Assembly: GCA_024704765.1 (NCBI GenBank)
Contig: JAKMXF010000332.1
Coordinates: 900,060 to 964,059 of the forward strand
Direction of reading: 5' to 3'
Origin: Oopsacas minuta
Taxonomy: Eukaryota > Animalia > Porifera
Length of the DNA stretch: 64,000 nucleotides
In this document: positions 25,900-38,485 of the stretch, piece after piece
Layout: each line of letters begins with the position of its first letter
How positions within the stretch are numbered: position 1 is the first letter of the stretch
The notes under the pieces: model-generated
Told to the model about the DNA's origin: nothing
The model's input: the letters and a program-made list of their open reading frames with translations, nothing else
Databases searched by the model: none
Position numbers and translations under genes: made by a program

Positions 25900-28247
25900 C
25901 CTACTCTTGTAGAAGACGTATTTGTCTCAAATAACCGAATTTTTACTGCTATCCCATTCACATATACTAACAACAGTACTTGGTATATCCTGTTGCATAC
26001 CCAACAATAGTCCTATCACTTTAATATCACAGCATATATTCCAGTTGTATTACAGGTACTACTTGATTTGTTCGTGTGGTAAAGGCAAATTTTCGGATAA
26101 TTCATGCAATTTTAGGATATTCGTTGACATTATGTAGCAATCCGGCTTTGAGGCTAGATTTCAATGAATCGATGTACAACCGCTACTCCTCGGGCAAGTG
26201 TTGTATTCCTAGTTCACTACAATAGCACAATGAATCTAGATTTGAAAATACACAAAAACGGCCATCTGACGTGTTCTGAAACTGAAATGCTTGTGTCACA
26301 CCTGAAAGCAAGTTTCGTTGTTATAGTCTAGATCCTGGAATTTCGGCTAGTTGCGTATTCAAACTCAATCTCTCACTAAATCAATTAACTCTAATTTATC
26401 ATTGAAGAATCTTTGTTTGTTCTTCTATATAGTCACAATCAGTTTCTTAGAAGCGGTTTCTTCGTCTAGACCAGTGGTTCTTGACCTTGTTTGAACCATA
26501 TCCCCCTTCATGGTACCCAATCAAGATTTTTCCCCTTGTATTTCTACGCACCCCAAATATTGAACTAGGTATGAAAATTTGATGTTACCAACACACTATA
26601 GTCATGATAATGCCCACAATACGATATACTAACTAAGCAAAGAGAATGTATGTACGTAAGTGCAATACTTAATCGCTATGTATATGTTAGTCAATTAGTG
26701 TAATACTTGGCACTGTTGTTACCTGAGCAGCTCGTCAATCGAAGGTGCAGTATTAGATAGCGCACAACGTAGATCGTCTTCCGCATTCATTTACATTTTT
26801 AGATTAGTATTATTCAAGTCAGTATTGTTTTTATCCATCAAGATTCGAATCCTGGAAGAATTAACATATTATTGTATGGTCTAATTTTCTGAGAAATATT
26901 TTAGCGTCCTAGATCCTCATATTTCCCCCTGTTAAGACCCCTGCTCTAGAGAGTCTATATCCAAATCAAAATATATGCTTGGCGGATGTTTTGGAACCAG
27001 ATATTCTTCTGAATGAGGAATTGGATGGCTGAATCGAAATCGTTTAGCAAATCAAGTTTTTGCAATAACCTACTAAAATATGGCCTGATCACTACTTTTG
27101 AACCAGGGATAATATGAAATTGGGGTATTTTCACCTGAATATATGTATTATTCATATGTATGAATTGGCAAAAGCCGCATTTGTGAAAGTTTTCAGAGCT
27201 AAATTACTTCATCTGTTAGCGTAATTGGCAAATATGAAAGATGCTCTTTGAAACCATGTAGAACGTTAATTATTTACCTATGTTCAAAATGTTGAAGATT
27301 CAAATGTACTAAAACCGTTTTATACAAATTATTCAACATTTGTCATGATAAAGTTGGAGATATCACATAGACCATGGATGTTATATGTATTGTTACTATC
27401 CTCTTATAACTTGATAATCGTTGAAATTATAGTATATTCAACATAGCCAATATACCTGACTTCCCATAGCCTTATAAAACATTTGACATGATATCTCTTA
27501 CCAATATGCTGCAATCATGGATATGCCCAGATATGGTCATTTTTGAGATTGTGCAATATTCTTCAGGGCTATTTTATCAAAATATATTAGAAGGGCATGG
27601 GAAGTTGGGCGTATGAATAAAATGGCTATCCAATTGTCTCAGTGAGCAGGCCTTATAATTGGTAGGCTATGGTTTATGTATTTATAACTGACACTAGATA
27701 TAACAGTTGTACAAAAGTAGCAGTCAGTAGAATGACCTTTTAGTTCTCTTTAAATCATAATTATTGCGAATGGCAGACTTACGGACACCTTTTAGCCAAG
27801 TTCTGAGATTGGCAGTACACTTATTACTGCTAAAATGTGGAGCCCACACTTTATCTTGATCACCAATATTGAATTGAGAATTCATTTGATATGCTTTCTT
27901 CACAGGAGGAGTCATATCGCGTCTCTGTCCTTGGTAGTATATTCCCTACAAATATATTAGAAAAAGTTTGGGTTTGTGACGCACCCACAAGACATAATTG
28001 TGCTAAAGACAACGAATGTAAGTTAATAAGAAGAATATTTTCACTGACTGAGGCAAAAAAAACTATGTTGAATGAATACTTTACGATTTTACCTGGGAAT
28101 ACCCATATAAAATTGCAAATTTTCGAACATTTTTGAATTACAAAATTTGAGATCCTCAGGAAAACATTATGTAAAATACACAGTAAGCTAAACATAGCAT
28201 AATAAAACATTCTTCCATAAAGAATCAAAAAACATTGTTTTATAGTG
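25900..28247 (-). mobile_element. Decayed Chapaev3-type element interrupted by insertions
   Basis: N-terminus ~27995-27550 (NPNFF.YIC...GDQDKVWAPH...GHSTDCYFC); core ~26450-25900 (ELIDLVRD, KSSLKAGLLHN, WNICCDIKVIGLLLGMQ...CEWDS). Candidate end CACTATAAAAC at 28247 (-) flanked by TAA. Confidence 0.7.
26472..26943. mobile_element. hAT-Charlie-type MITE inserted into the Chapaev3-type gene
   Basis: Ends CAGTGGTTCTTGACC / CAGGGGTCTTAAC. Flanks GTCTAGAC and CTCTAGAG fit the Charlie NTCTAGAN target. Confidence 0.8.
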
Positions 28248-28658
28248 TAACTTGCACAGATTATTACTATCTCGAGACTCCCAATTCAATTCACACTTAT
28301 GTTTGTTTAGCTCAATTATCCATCATCCAAGGAAATTTATAACAAATTCGAAACTTCTTTTTCGAACTTATCTGCTTTTTCACTTTATTTATTTCTCTGA
28401 TTGTAAATAATTTCGGAATTGCATACATTCTCCATAGATATATTCATGATAGCGATTTTTGAACAATTTCCCCAGGGATTCTATTCTAGGCAAGAAATAC
28501 CGATTTCAACTTTAGAATGAAGGTTTCTTTGTAGTTTGACATAACACATTTACGTATTGAAGAGTGGTTCAAATCCCTACACAGAATTACATAATATGTA
28601 CATAAGTAGGTGTTAACGCTTATTAGTATGATGTTCCGCCCATAAATGCATGTGTATA

Positions 28659-31052
28659 TGTTGCAGTCAATGTAAAATCAGTCAATTTACAAATTGATTG
28701 AAATTTCCGGTTAATTAATATGTTGACTGATTCATTGGTAATTGATTTTGACAGATTGACTGAAACGAATTAAAATTTAATTTATTGATATCAATATGCA
28801 TTAACAGCATGTGGTTACTGTATAGTGACTTTAAAAGTTCACATATCGTTTCCAATCAGCCATTCATATCTTGTTGGGAGTAGGTCATAGTCGCTTGACA
28901 CTTTCTATTACATTTATATCCAGCCCTTGAAAGATTAAATTTGTTTGATTTGCATTATTTGCCACTTTGTGTACAGTTGCACTTGGTAAACCTTTGTCCA
29001 CCACACTTAGACCCTTGTTGAACAGCTTGTCGCAGGCCTATTTCTTTGTCTGTTGAGAAATCGTCCACACTGTACAGTGGATGGGGACACAGATCAAATT
29101 GATATCGGCTGTAGTATCCTTTCAGGATTCCTGCACGGACTGCTATACAGTATATTCATTTTCATTTCTTTCCAGAATTACACCCATAATGATTCGAGAA
29201 TCACCTCTACCGCGATCCACTAAATGGTTTGGAATAATTACATTATTTCCAGGGTTTCCAGCAACCAGCTCTCTTGCGGTTGAGTTGAATGTTGTCGTGC
29301 CGTATTTGGATAGCGGTTATCTGAGGCGAAGGACCAGATGAAGATTTTGAAGAAGTAGCTTCTGAGGGATCAGGGAATGTATTTTCTTGTGTAGAAAGAT
29401 TTGGAGATACTGGGGTTTGTTTATCTGAAGAGACTTGAGAGGGGTCAGATTGCTGATATGCAGCCATTAGATCGTCTTCGAACACAAGGCGTTCTAGGAT
29501 TTCACTATGGAGGGATGCTGAACGTAGTCCAACATATGCATCACGTTCAAACAGTGCCTTGAATGGGGATTGTTTAATTCCAGAATGGTGACCACTGTTC
29601 TTCAGGAACTGCACAAAACGAAGCCCAGTTGGCCAATCTGTGGAGTCATTGTAACCTAACCACTCAGTTGGTATGTCTTTGAAGTCACAATTTAGCCTCT
29701 CAACCGATCCCTGGCTATCGGGATGGCAAGGTTTACCATGGAGCATAAGCAGATCCGGCCACATAAGCTTCAGTTCATTGATGACTGATGCTGTAAATTC
29801 ACTGCCGTTGTCACTCTGGAAATTTGAGGGACGCCTAGTAACACGAAAATGTCAACCAGTTGCCACGCGACTTCAGCAGCACGTTTGGACTTCAAAGGGC
29901 GTAATACGCAGTACTTTTTTATGTGGTCTTGATTAACCATGATCCAGCGAAATGAACCTTTGCACATGGACTGCATGTCAATGAGGTCAACCTGAGCACT
30001 GGATCCAAAGTCTTTGGACAGAATTGACTTCACAGCAACACCTTTAGTGGTGGCACGCTTACATTTCTGTTAACATTGAACACAGAGATTTGTAGAGCTC
30101 AATGGAGTCGCGAATGACGTTTGCATATTTGTTCTAAGCTTTAATCATCTTGTCTCGACCACCATGACTGCATGCAACATGGACGTGTTCAATGATGTCA
30201 GGCATATCATCTATGTGAGTAAACTTAAACAGGTTCTTGAGAGCCTTCACTTTGCTTTCGAATCAACTTGTCAACATTCCCACACTGAAGAATTTCCCTA
30301 TAAAATATATAAAATATGTCACTTAATCGATTCCAGCAAAACAGTACACAGCCGTAGTGTGCATATATTGGCACATTTTCTATGTACATCCAAGGAAACC
30401 TAAAACTTCGTACGTACGTAGGCTCTAGACAATTAGAGAACTAATTATAGTATTGTATAGATCATTTATTTGACCTGAATCCAAGTAATGCAGCCATGAC
30501 TCAGGTTCTAATTGTTGAACCAATAATTCTTGTTCACATACCTGCCCAGTATATAGTACTGCATGTTGGACTTCTTTGCGGTATCAGATGCAACTTTGAC
30601 CTCTTCAAGCTACAAAAAATACTCGTGTTTTGTCATCAACAATGATTTTTATCAGAGCTTTTTCGTTTCAACATCTCCTCACGGAAAGACTGTTCCATAG
30701 TGTCCGCCATCTCTGAGAGTTATGAGGACAATGAGATGTTCATATTACCTTGCCTTTTATACTCCAGAATATTTCACGTCGAAAGATACTTGCTTTTGAT
30801 GTGTTGTTATTGTCGATACACTACTTTGAGTCAGGTTTCTCTTATACATTATCTATTCTTAAGTTAAGTGAGGTATATGTTTGTAATAACTATTGGAAGA
30901 TTTTCCATTATTCACTACTAATTGATTTAATATTCGTAATACGTTTCAGTCAATCTGTCAAAAAAACGACCAAATGATTCAGTCAAATTGTAAATTGCCT
31001 AAGTGAATCAATCAATTTTTAAATTGACTGATTTTATACATTGACTGTAACA
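28659..31052 (-). mobile_element. Ginger-type (KRBA2/SCAND3-like integrase) DNA transposon, full length but decayed
   Basis: ~115-bp TIRs starting TGTT(G/A)CAGTCAATG, with 4-bp TATA on both sides. Integrase motifs HVACSHGGRDKM, AQVDLIDMQ, QSDNGSEF, HGKPCHPDSQGSVERLN; C-terminal VDRGRGD and Cys-rich GGQRFTKCNC remnants. Confidence 0.85.
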
Positions 31053-31898
31053 TACATAGATAATAATATGATAACTTATATAGTCTAAACTTCCAGGAAT
31101 AGTATTTCATGGTATTCAACTGTATTTCGAGAATTACTGATGAGATGATTGTAAATTGGATAGTGACCTGAAACACCGAGATCGAAATTTCAGCTAGGAA
31201 CTTGGTATGGTTCATGTAACGACACTTATTTGGCATGCAAGAAAATCCATATATCATATGTAGTTAATTCCGAAATACCCTCATATGTGAATTATACTTG
31301 TAGCTTGATCACAGATATGAAATCATAGTTACACATGAAATACTATATTATATCCATTCCAGTTTAACTAACATATTCCCATTTGTATAGATAGTACATC
31401 ATATGAATATCTGATGTATGTATGAACAAGTGGACAATTAGAGAGGACCCACTGTAGATACATTTGACATACATTTCGGGGTGTACATTCGTAAATTCTC
31501 AAATGCCATACGCCAAAACTATCGAAAATATTATCGAAGTTTTTCGGGAAAAAATGATCGGCAATCATCCTACGATCGTGATCGTCGATCAATGATCGCA
31601 TGAATATCAATTTCCATGACCCTGGAGGGCTACGACAGTTAGATAATTGAGTTCTAGTAAGAATACAAGACCTGTACCGAACCAGAGAGCGACACTTAAC
31701 TCATATGTCAATTGCTCCTGAAAGGACCCACATATGACATAAGCACAATAGTATCCATCGATGTACCCATGAGCCCCCTCACCCGAAAGCTGGTTGCATT
31801 AACATTCCAGGTATGACGTTTTAAGCCTCACTTGGTACCGAAGGAAGTTGCCTTAGAAGGCGTTCCAGAAGACCCATAAGCAGTGGAACAAGCCCACC

Positions 31899-34800
31899 CA
31901 CAGTGGCTTAGTAGTAATTAATTAAGAAATTTTTATAGTAATGCTTTCATTCCTTTATGGTTTCATTGTGTTTCTAAACATTCAAGTAGCACCCATTCCA
32001 ATTTTCGAATCATTTGGTAGCCTATTAGTTATGTAAATTTGAATCGAAACTTTGTTGTTTTTGATGCTGAAATTATCGTTTCGGAGAATTCAAAACATAA
32101 AAGATATTCACATTGATTCTGATTCTTTATAGAATATATTAGCGATCTATTGTTTCATCTATTCTAGACAATTTTGTGTCAGATATATTCTAAACTGTAT
32201 ACTTTTCACGTGAAGGATTGTGTACCCAGGGTAAAAAATGAATTCCATTATTCCATGCATAAAATTTTGAAAGTGTCTGAAAAAAAAAAGTCAAGGAACT
32301 TCAAAGCGAAAATAATACCAGTTGTTGTTGTTTACAATTTATACTATGTTATATGAAGATGACAGGCGCCGAAACTGTCCGCAACTTTGATTTTTTGGCC
32401 ACATTCCATTGTCTGTAATCATTGCTATGGAAATTCCTAAAGTGATATCTGTAACTATGTAATTGAATACCCGTCTAATCCTAATTCTTCTTGGAAATTA
32501 CTGCACAAAATTAAATTTATGTACGTGTGTATATACGTCTACTTATGTTTTCAATCTTACACCTTTATTTTCTCATAGATAATTTATCCGTGATCAATGG
32601 CTGAACCAATTGCTCCGATAACTCCCCCGAATCCCGTCTCGAGTTAGCGAGAATCCTGGAAGCAAATGGCAATTGCGTCCAAACAACTCTGTTGTCTTAG
32701 CGATCTCCATGGATTAGACGATGTCAAGCAGGCTAAACTTGAATTGATTCTACGTAGAATACGAGATATGATTAGAACTTCAAAAAAATCACTTGAAACT
32801 TTGCATGGAGATTGGTGGCATTGAAATTTGCTCAGAATTATTTATAGCTTCACAAACCCCCCAAATAACTAAGTCGGTGCGCCAAAAGAAAGAACTTATC
32901 AATCTTTCATTGGAACATCAGCCTTCCCGCATCTCTAGTGTCCTTGAGTCTATCAGGTCCATCTCGGTAATCGAAAAAACTTCTGAAATTACAATTGCAG
33001 CTCTTGCTTTGCAATTGTTGTGCAATGAAGAAGACAATCAAGAACTTGCGAGGGTATCTAAATCAATTGTGCAGGGAAATTCTCTGGTCAATTCGGGCGT
33101 GCATCCAAAAGCAAAGAATTGGATATGGACATGGCATTATTTCTTTTGGATCTACTAGAGATTGGCAAGAGGAAGTATACTCTACTACGACAACTTTTGT
33201 TATCAAATGAAATTCACTTTCCTACATATCAGAGGGTGGCCGATCATAGAAATAATTTGTACTACGAAGTATGATTCAACTATACCCGAATCCTACAGCC
33301 CCAGTTGGTGTGTGTGTGCCATACGCTCAATTTGTCTACCATACATTTTGTAGAATTATGTCCACTCTACCGTCCCCTTCAAATGAGGATTTTCCTCTCC
33401 GATTTCAGATTGCCGATGGCTTAGATGGATCTGGAAAGCATACCGTATATAATCAACCAAATACGAATACGTCTACCAAATCGTTCATCCTATTTTGCTT
33501 CAAAGCAGTACACATTGTCCCTTCTAGTGGAAAGGAACTTTGGAAAACAACTGCCCGAATTCTTCATTCTCCCAACGTTCAATTTTCCTTCTTGCTGCCA
33601 CAGAAAATCATGACAATATTCGCCAATTTTTGAAAGATATCATCAATCCCGAAACAGATCAAATGAAGGACCAAGGTTTCTATTTTGCCAATGATAAACA
33701 TATATTTGTCGGTGTTTTCCGATCAATGCTTGATGTTAAAATGGCAAGTATTCTCTCAGGAACAGGAAGTGAGAGTTGCCAACAATGTACTGCAACGCAG
33801 AAAGAACTAAAAGATCGTGACTTAATTTTGCAAGGCTATCCCATCAATAGAAACATTTCAGACGCCATTCAATTATTTGGAGAACTGGAAGACATTGATG
33901 CTTTCTTTTCATTACCAACAAATCAAAGATTTAACCTGACTCACTAACCATTATCAATTATAGATATTCTAACTGCTTCTCCCTTACATTCCTATACGTG
34001 CATTTTTAGATGATTTAATTTACTTGTGTACCACCTGAATTGTAACAAGCTCACATGGTCACCATCATCAAAAGAAATTAAAGACTCTATGATGGATGTG
34101 CGAACCATAGTTCAAGAAGTAACAGGTCTAAGAATTGGCCAACAGACCCAAAGGAGGTACTACTTCCATAGGTGGTGTGGCTCGAAGAGCTTTTTCAAAT
34201 GACTCCAAGTTTATTGAATGCGCAATGTCTTTGGTTAAGATTGATCATAGGGACTCACCTTGTAAATTGCACACACAATTATCTGTCATTCTTAGAATCA
34301 TAAATTCAGACAGAAAAATTGGGTGACCTTTGTACAGACACCTATCTCCTTATTCTTCAATCCTTTCCCTGGGTGAACATTACACCGACTTTACATAAAT
34401 TACTAGGCCATTCTGAAGAAATACTGATGAGATGAACTTTGGGTATGGATTGAAATGCTTTAGCGAAGAAGGATCCGAAGCCTGCAACAAATTAATCAGG
34501 AATATAGGGAACATCTAGCAAGGAAACTTCCTTCGAAGATAATGTCGTTGATATATTTGTCAGACTCTCATCTGAAAGCGATCCTGTGTTAACGAAATAT
34601 CGATCGACAGTGGTGTGCGAAAAGTGCTGAGAACACGATCATACCCGAAGAGCTCAGTGCTGTAGAGACAATGCAACAGATTTATTAGAATCATCTATTG
34701 ATAATATCGTCAAGGGCCTTATTATTGATACGATATCGTAACAACGTAGTTTGCTGAATGTTAGCAAATAAAAAGTACAAATAAAACATCCTTTAATATA

Positions 34801-35241
34801 AGTGCTTATTGTTTTCATCCAGAAATTGTTAGAGTTGATACTATGTATTAGCAAAAAAGATATGAATAATTCTAAAAACGCATTTAGAAGTATGAAGTAC
34901 AAAAAGCAAAAATTATGAAAAAATTGTGTATGACGTCATTTTATAAAATTATGAGTAATTTTGAAATTCTAACAGTCGTAATTGCTTCCATGGATGTGAT
35001 ATACTATACCCAAATAATACAATTTATAGGGCTAACATTGTTATACAATCAGATATTAAAGAAAAACAAAATTCAGAATAAAGCTATGACGTCAGAACAT
35101 AATATATAGAAACCTTATAGAATTTTGAATGCACCAAATGATTCCTAGCATATGATAACCTATATGCTGATAATACGTTATATATGCCTATTTCAAATTG
35201 AAATACCCATTCTTTACTAACTCCCATTTTAAGCCACTGTG
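31899..35241 (+). mobile_element. Complete-ended RAG1-like/Transib-family transposon (3343 bp)
   Basis: Perfect 12-bp TIR CACAGTGGCTTA (31899-31910; 35230-35241), perfect 5-bp TSD CCACC (31894-31898; 35242-35246), internal RAG1-like transposase relic. Confidence 0.92.
32174..34741 (+). pseudogene. RAG1-like/Transib DDE transposase, multiple frameshifts and stops
   Basis: KKELINLSLEHQ.SRI (NBD-like); ALFLLDLLEIGKRKYTLLRQ; QIADGLDGSG (D at 33424); SMLDVKMASILSG (D at 33732); CQQC; ASPLHSY; KGGTTSIG; ITPTLHKLLGH; FSEEGSEACNKLIR (34462-34500); CEKC.EHDH...C tail; stop at 34739-34741. Confidence 0.88.
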
Positions 35242-37595
35242 CCACCTGGGCCAAAGTAGTTGGTGCTCAACGAACCAACGGCACACACGTGACACTCTGG
35301 CATCGAGTCCTTAAGTCCACCACGGAAGGCCTCCACTGAAGGGACCTCTAAGCTAAGGAGAAAAACTCTACTTAAGTGTAGGAAAATCCCCAGAGCCCCA
35401 GCACCTAACCAACCAAACTTAGCGAACTCACTTGAACTGGAGTAAACCAAACGAGGTAACATAAATCAGTAGGAGTACGCTCAATCTAAAAATTGAACCA
35501 ATTAATGTTGAGGCGCCAGTCTGCTTGATGTACGATTTACCCAAGGTTACTGCACACCGTGCCACCTGTTCATCGATGAAGAGATAACATATACCCAGGG
35601 TAACGCCCTTTTTCGACAGGAGGGGTCCGAAGATCTTCCCCTGAAGGGAGCTAGTAGTAGTGGAAGATTAAAGGTAATCATATGCCACAGCGCTGCAGTA
35701 GGGTTAATGTCATAGTACAAGCTACATACTGACAGTAAACTAATACCAAATTAGATGCCGATGGCAAGGCTAGGACAAGGCACTAGAGAATAGTATCCGA
35801 GACTTTAACCTTTATGCTACCCTGGTAGCATAAGAAAATGAATTTAGTGATACCATAAGCTGTATAATTGACTATTTAGCAAGTCTAACCATAGCCTTCT
35901 CTCAATAAGGCCTATCAAATGTACAGTACACACTCGTTAATTCGAACAACACTGTTGTAATTGCAGAATTTTTCGTTAAGATTAGCAAAATTCATTTCAA
36001 CAAGACTATAGAATCTAGGAATCATTATTTCGAAAATAGTACAAAGATGAGAAGGTGGACACAATTCTAATATTTAAGTTGTTTAATACGTGTTTCAATG
36101 AAGATGTATTACGTATAATTCGTAAGTATTTTATATAACGTAGTATACCTTCTACCCACAATTTTTGGTGACGTAACTACTATTAGGCTGATTTCCGGAT
36201 TAGATATTCTGCATGCCAAGTTAATTCTTGAATTTGATAAATCTAAGCATGGTTGACAAAATTATATTATACTTGATGATAATGTAATTTATACAATCTA
36301 ACATTGTCAGATCTCCGATTTCTAGATTATCTAAAAGTATGATATGTTCAAGTAGATAACTTATAAGGTATTATACATTGCGTACGTGTTATACGCTTTA
36401 CAAGTATTCTTAAACTTAGTCTAATATAGAGTTCGATAATTTTCTGCGTTAGAATTGGATATGTATTGGTCCTTTTGTATAATTGTAGACAATTTTCCAA
36501 TGATTGTATAAGCTTTGGATTCTAATACTGTGCGAAATGGTTTCGTACACCACATACAGTATATTTATGCTCGAGTAAATGTATTACAGATAACTTAGAA
36601 ATCATGTTTCTGGAAAATGAAGCACAAATCCTAAGTAGAAAATTCGAGGTTGATGTTAGGTTGTATATAGAGATGGCTATGGTTTAACCGATTACTTACT
36701 ATTTGAGGCACTGTGCCCTACAAGTAAGACCTAATCTAAAACGTTGACAAAATGGTGATTGTTACATGTATGTATTTGTCGTTTGTGTCTATCCGAATAT
36801 ACTTGATAATTTTCTAACAAAAAATAACTTTTCTGAAAAATTTCATTTGTGACGTCAGAGATTTCAACTTCAATATTGATGACATCATCTTAAAATCGCC
36901 ATATCTCGGATTATTATGAACCAACGAATTGCTTCGCTTTTTCCAGTGATATATAGATTCGTGCTATGAAATGTATAACGTGAGCTACGTAATATAGAGC
37001 CTTGGGTAGATTCAGAAATGGTCCAGGGATATGTTACCAGGCCTTGTAATAAATAGTGAACTAAATAAATTCAAAAGCTAAGCGTTTTTGCTCCAAGAAA
37101 TGTATTGCATGTTTGTAGAACAAATTCTCAAGCATTATATTCGAAAAAATTGGTCTAGCAAATTCATATTGTATAAACGACTTCGCATAGTTCAAATTTG
37201 TATCCTGGAATCGGTATTGAGGTCGATGGGGTAAACGTGAAGATAATACATTCCAATGGGGATAGAGATTATTGAAGGGAGGTTGGTGCAGGTATGAAAA
37301 CTCGGAAAGAAGGAAGGAGTAAATCAAATGTCAATAACTAGAGAAGGACAAAAGAAAAGATGGGAGAACAGTGATCCGTATAAGAGAAAGGCTGTAAATT
37401 TCGTATAGCGAATCCTGTAGAAGAATATGGACTCTAAGAAAGGGGCAAATCCAAACAGTAAAAGAAAGTATAATGTAAAAATGTAGTGTAGCAAATCTGT
37501 ATAGGAACTAGTACAATGGAAATTTGTCCCGCTAAAAGTAAATAGTGCACTGCAAAAATTCTGTGGCTGAAAGTTAGACCGAAATTATTGTATAT

Positions 37596-37781
37596 CAGTG
37601 TTTCTCAAATGGCTATATTTGGATAAGATATGCATCATACCAATTTCTAAATCAATTCTTTGTTCAAATTTGGTTAAGATAGAAATGTTGGCCAAGTTTG
37701 GTCAAATTGAGCAATCAACGACGGGAATATCTCGTGCGACAGGCTAGCAAAACTATACCACCACCGCTTTAGAAACCCCTG
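37596..37781. mobile_element. Short hAT-Charlie-like MITE
   Basis: Ends CAGTGTTTCTCAAA / CAGGGGTTTCTAAA; the 8-bp flanks match at only 5/8. Confidence 0.55.
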
Positions 37782-38432
37782 TAATACATTATAATTATGT
37801 CACATTATCTCGCATGTATGCATCTGCGAACACAGTAAGAATACCAAAACTTTGCCCAAACCTTATGTTGCTATCCATCTACTATTATTGCTAGGAATAA
37901 CGATTGTCAAACATTGAATAATCAGATAACCAACCAGTGATGGTGTTTAGAGTGTGATAGATAGGTAAATATTCCATGAATAATTACAAAGAGACAAGGC
38001 TTATGGATTCTATACAAAACGTGACTACATACATAAGAACAAGGTTTAGAAAATGACAACCAAAACAGGAAATAAGATAGTAAGGCAGATATAGCTGGTC
38101 GTGCCTGCAGTGTATCTACCTAGGCAAGTGGGAGTGACCCGAAGTAGCAAGGGTTCATGCTGAGTGGACCAAGGGGATGATTTCTAAGGATAACTTTGTC
38201 ATCGCCTTTCAGGGAGATGATAGCCTATAGCTAAAATTATTGGGCAGCGCTATCACAGGAAGTTGGATTTGCATTCAACATTCAGCAGAATTCGACTATT
38301 GGGCTTCACCACACCATCTTATGTACGGCACCCTTATGCTCTTCAGCTGAAGCTTGGGCCTATCAAGAGCTAGAGGACATGGAAACTTGAACAGGGAGGA
38401 ACATTCTCTCACAATCTCAGCCTGGCACGAAT

Positions 38433-38485
38433 CCCAGCTGGATGGTTATACCCAATTTCTAGTTGGGTATAACCATCCAGCTGGG
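38433..38485. repeat. Perfect 23-bp inverted repeat with 7-nt loop
   Basis: CCCAGCTGGATGGTTATACCCAA-TTTCTAG-TTGGGTATAACCATCCAGCTGGG. Confidence 0.95.

Larger units (their letters stand above)
31620..35700 (+). mobile_element. Possible LINE-like relic (31620-31898 plus 35242-35700) split by the RAG1-like element
   Basis: GC-richer sequence is continuous across the CCACC TSD; a degenerate (I)PG(Y)ALFRQE endonuclease-like motif lies near 35590-35620. Weak. Confidence 0.3.

Noticed and set aside
35230-35255. GGCCCAGGTGGCACAGTGGCTTAA resembling a tRNA/SINE A-box
   Set aside because: Explained by the transposon TIR plus its TSD; no B-box or cloverleaf follows.
37061-37327. 88-aa minus-strand ORF, possibly a LINE 3' remnant
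   Set aside because: No convincing RT or endonuclease motif in any frame.
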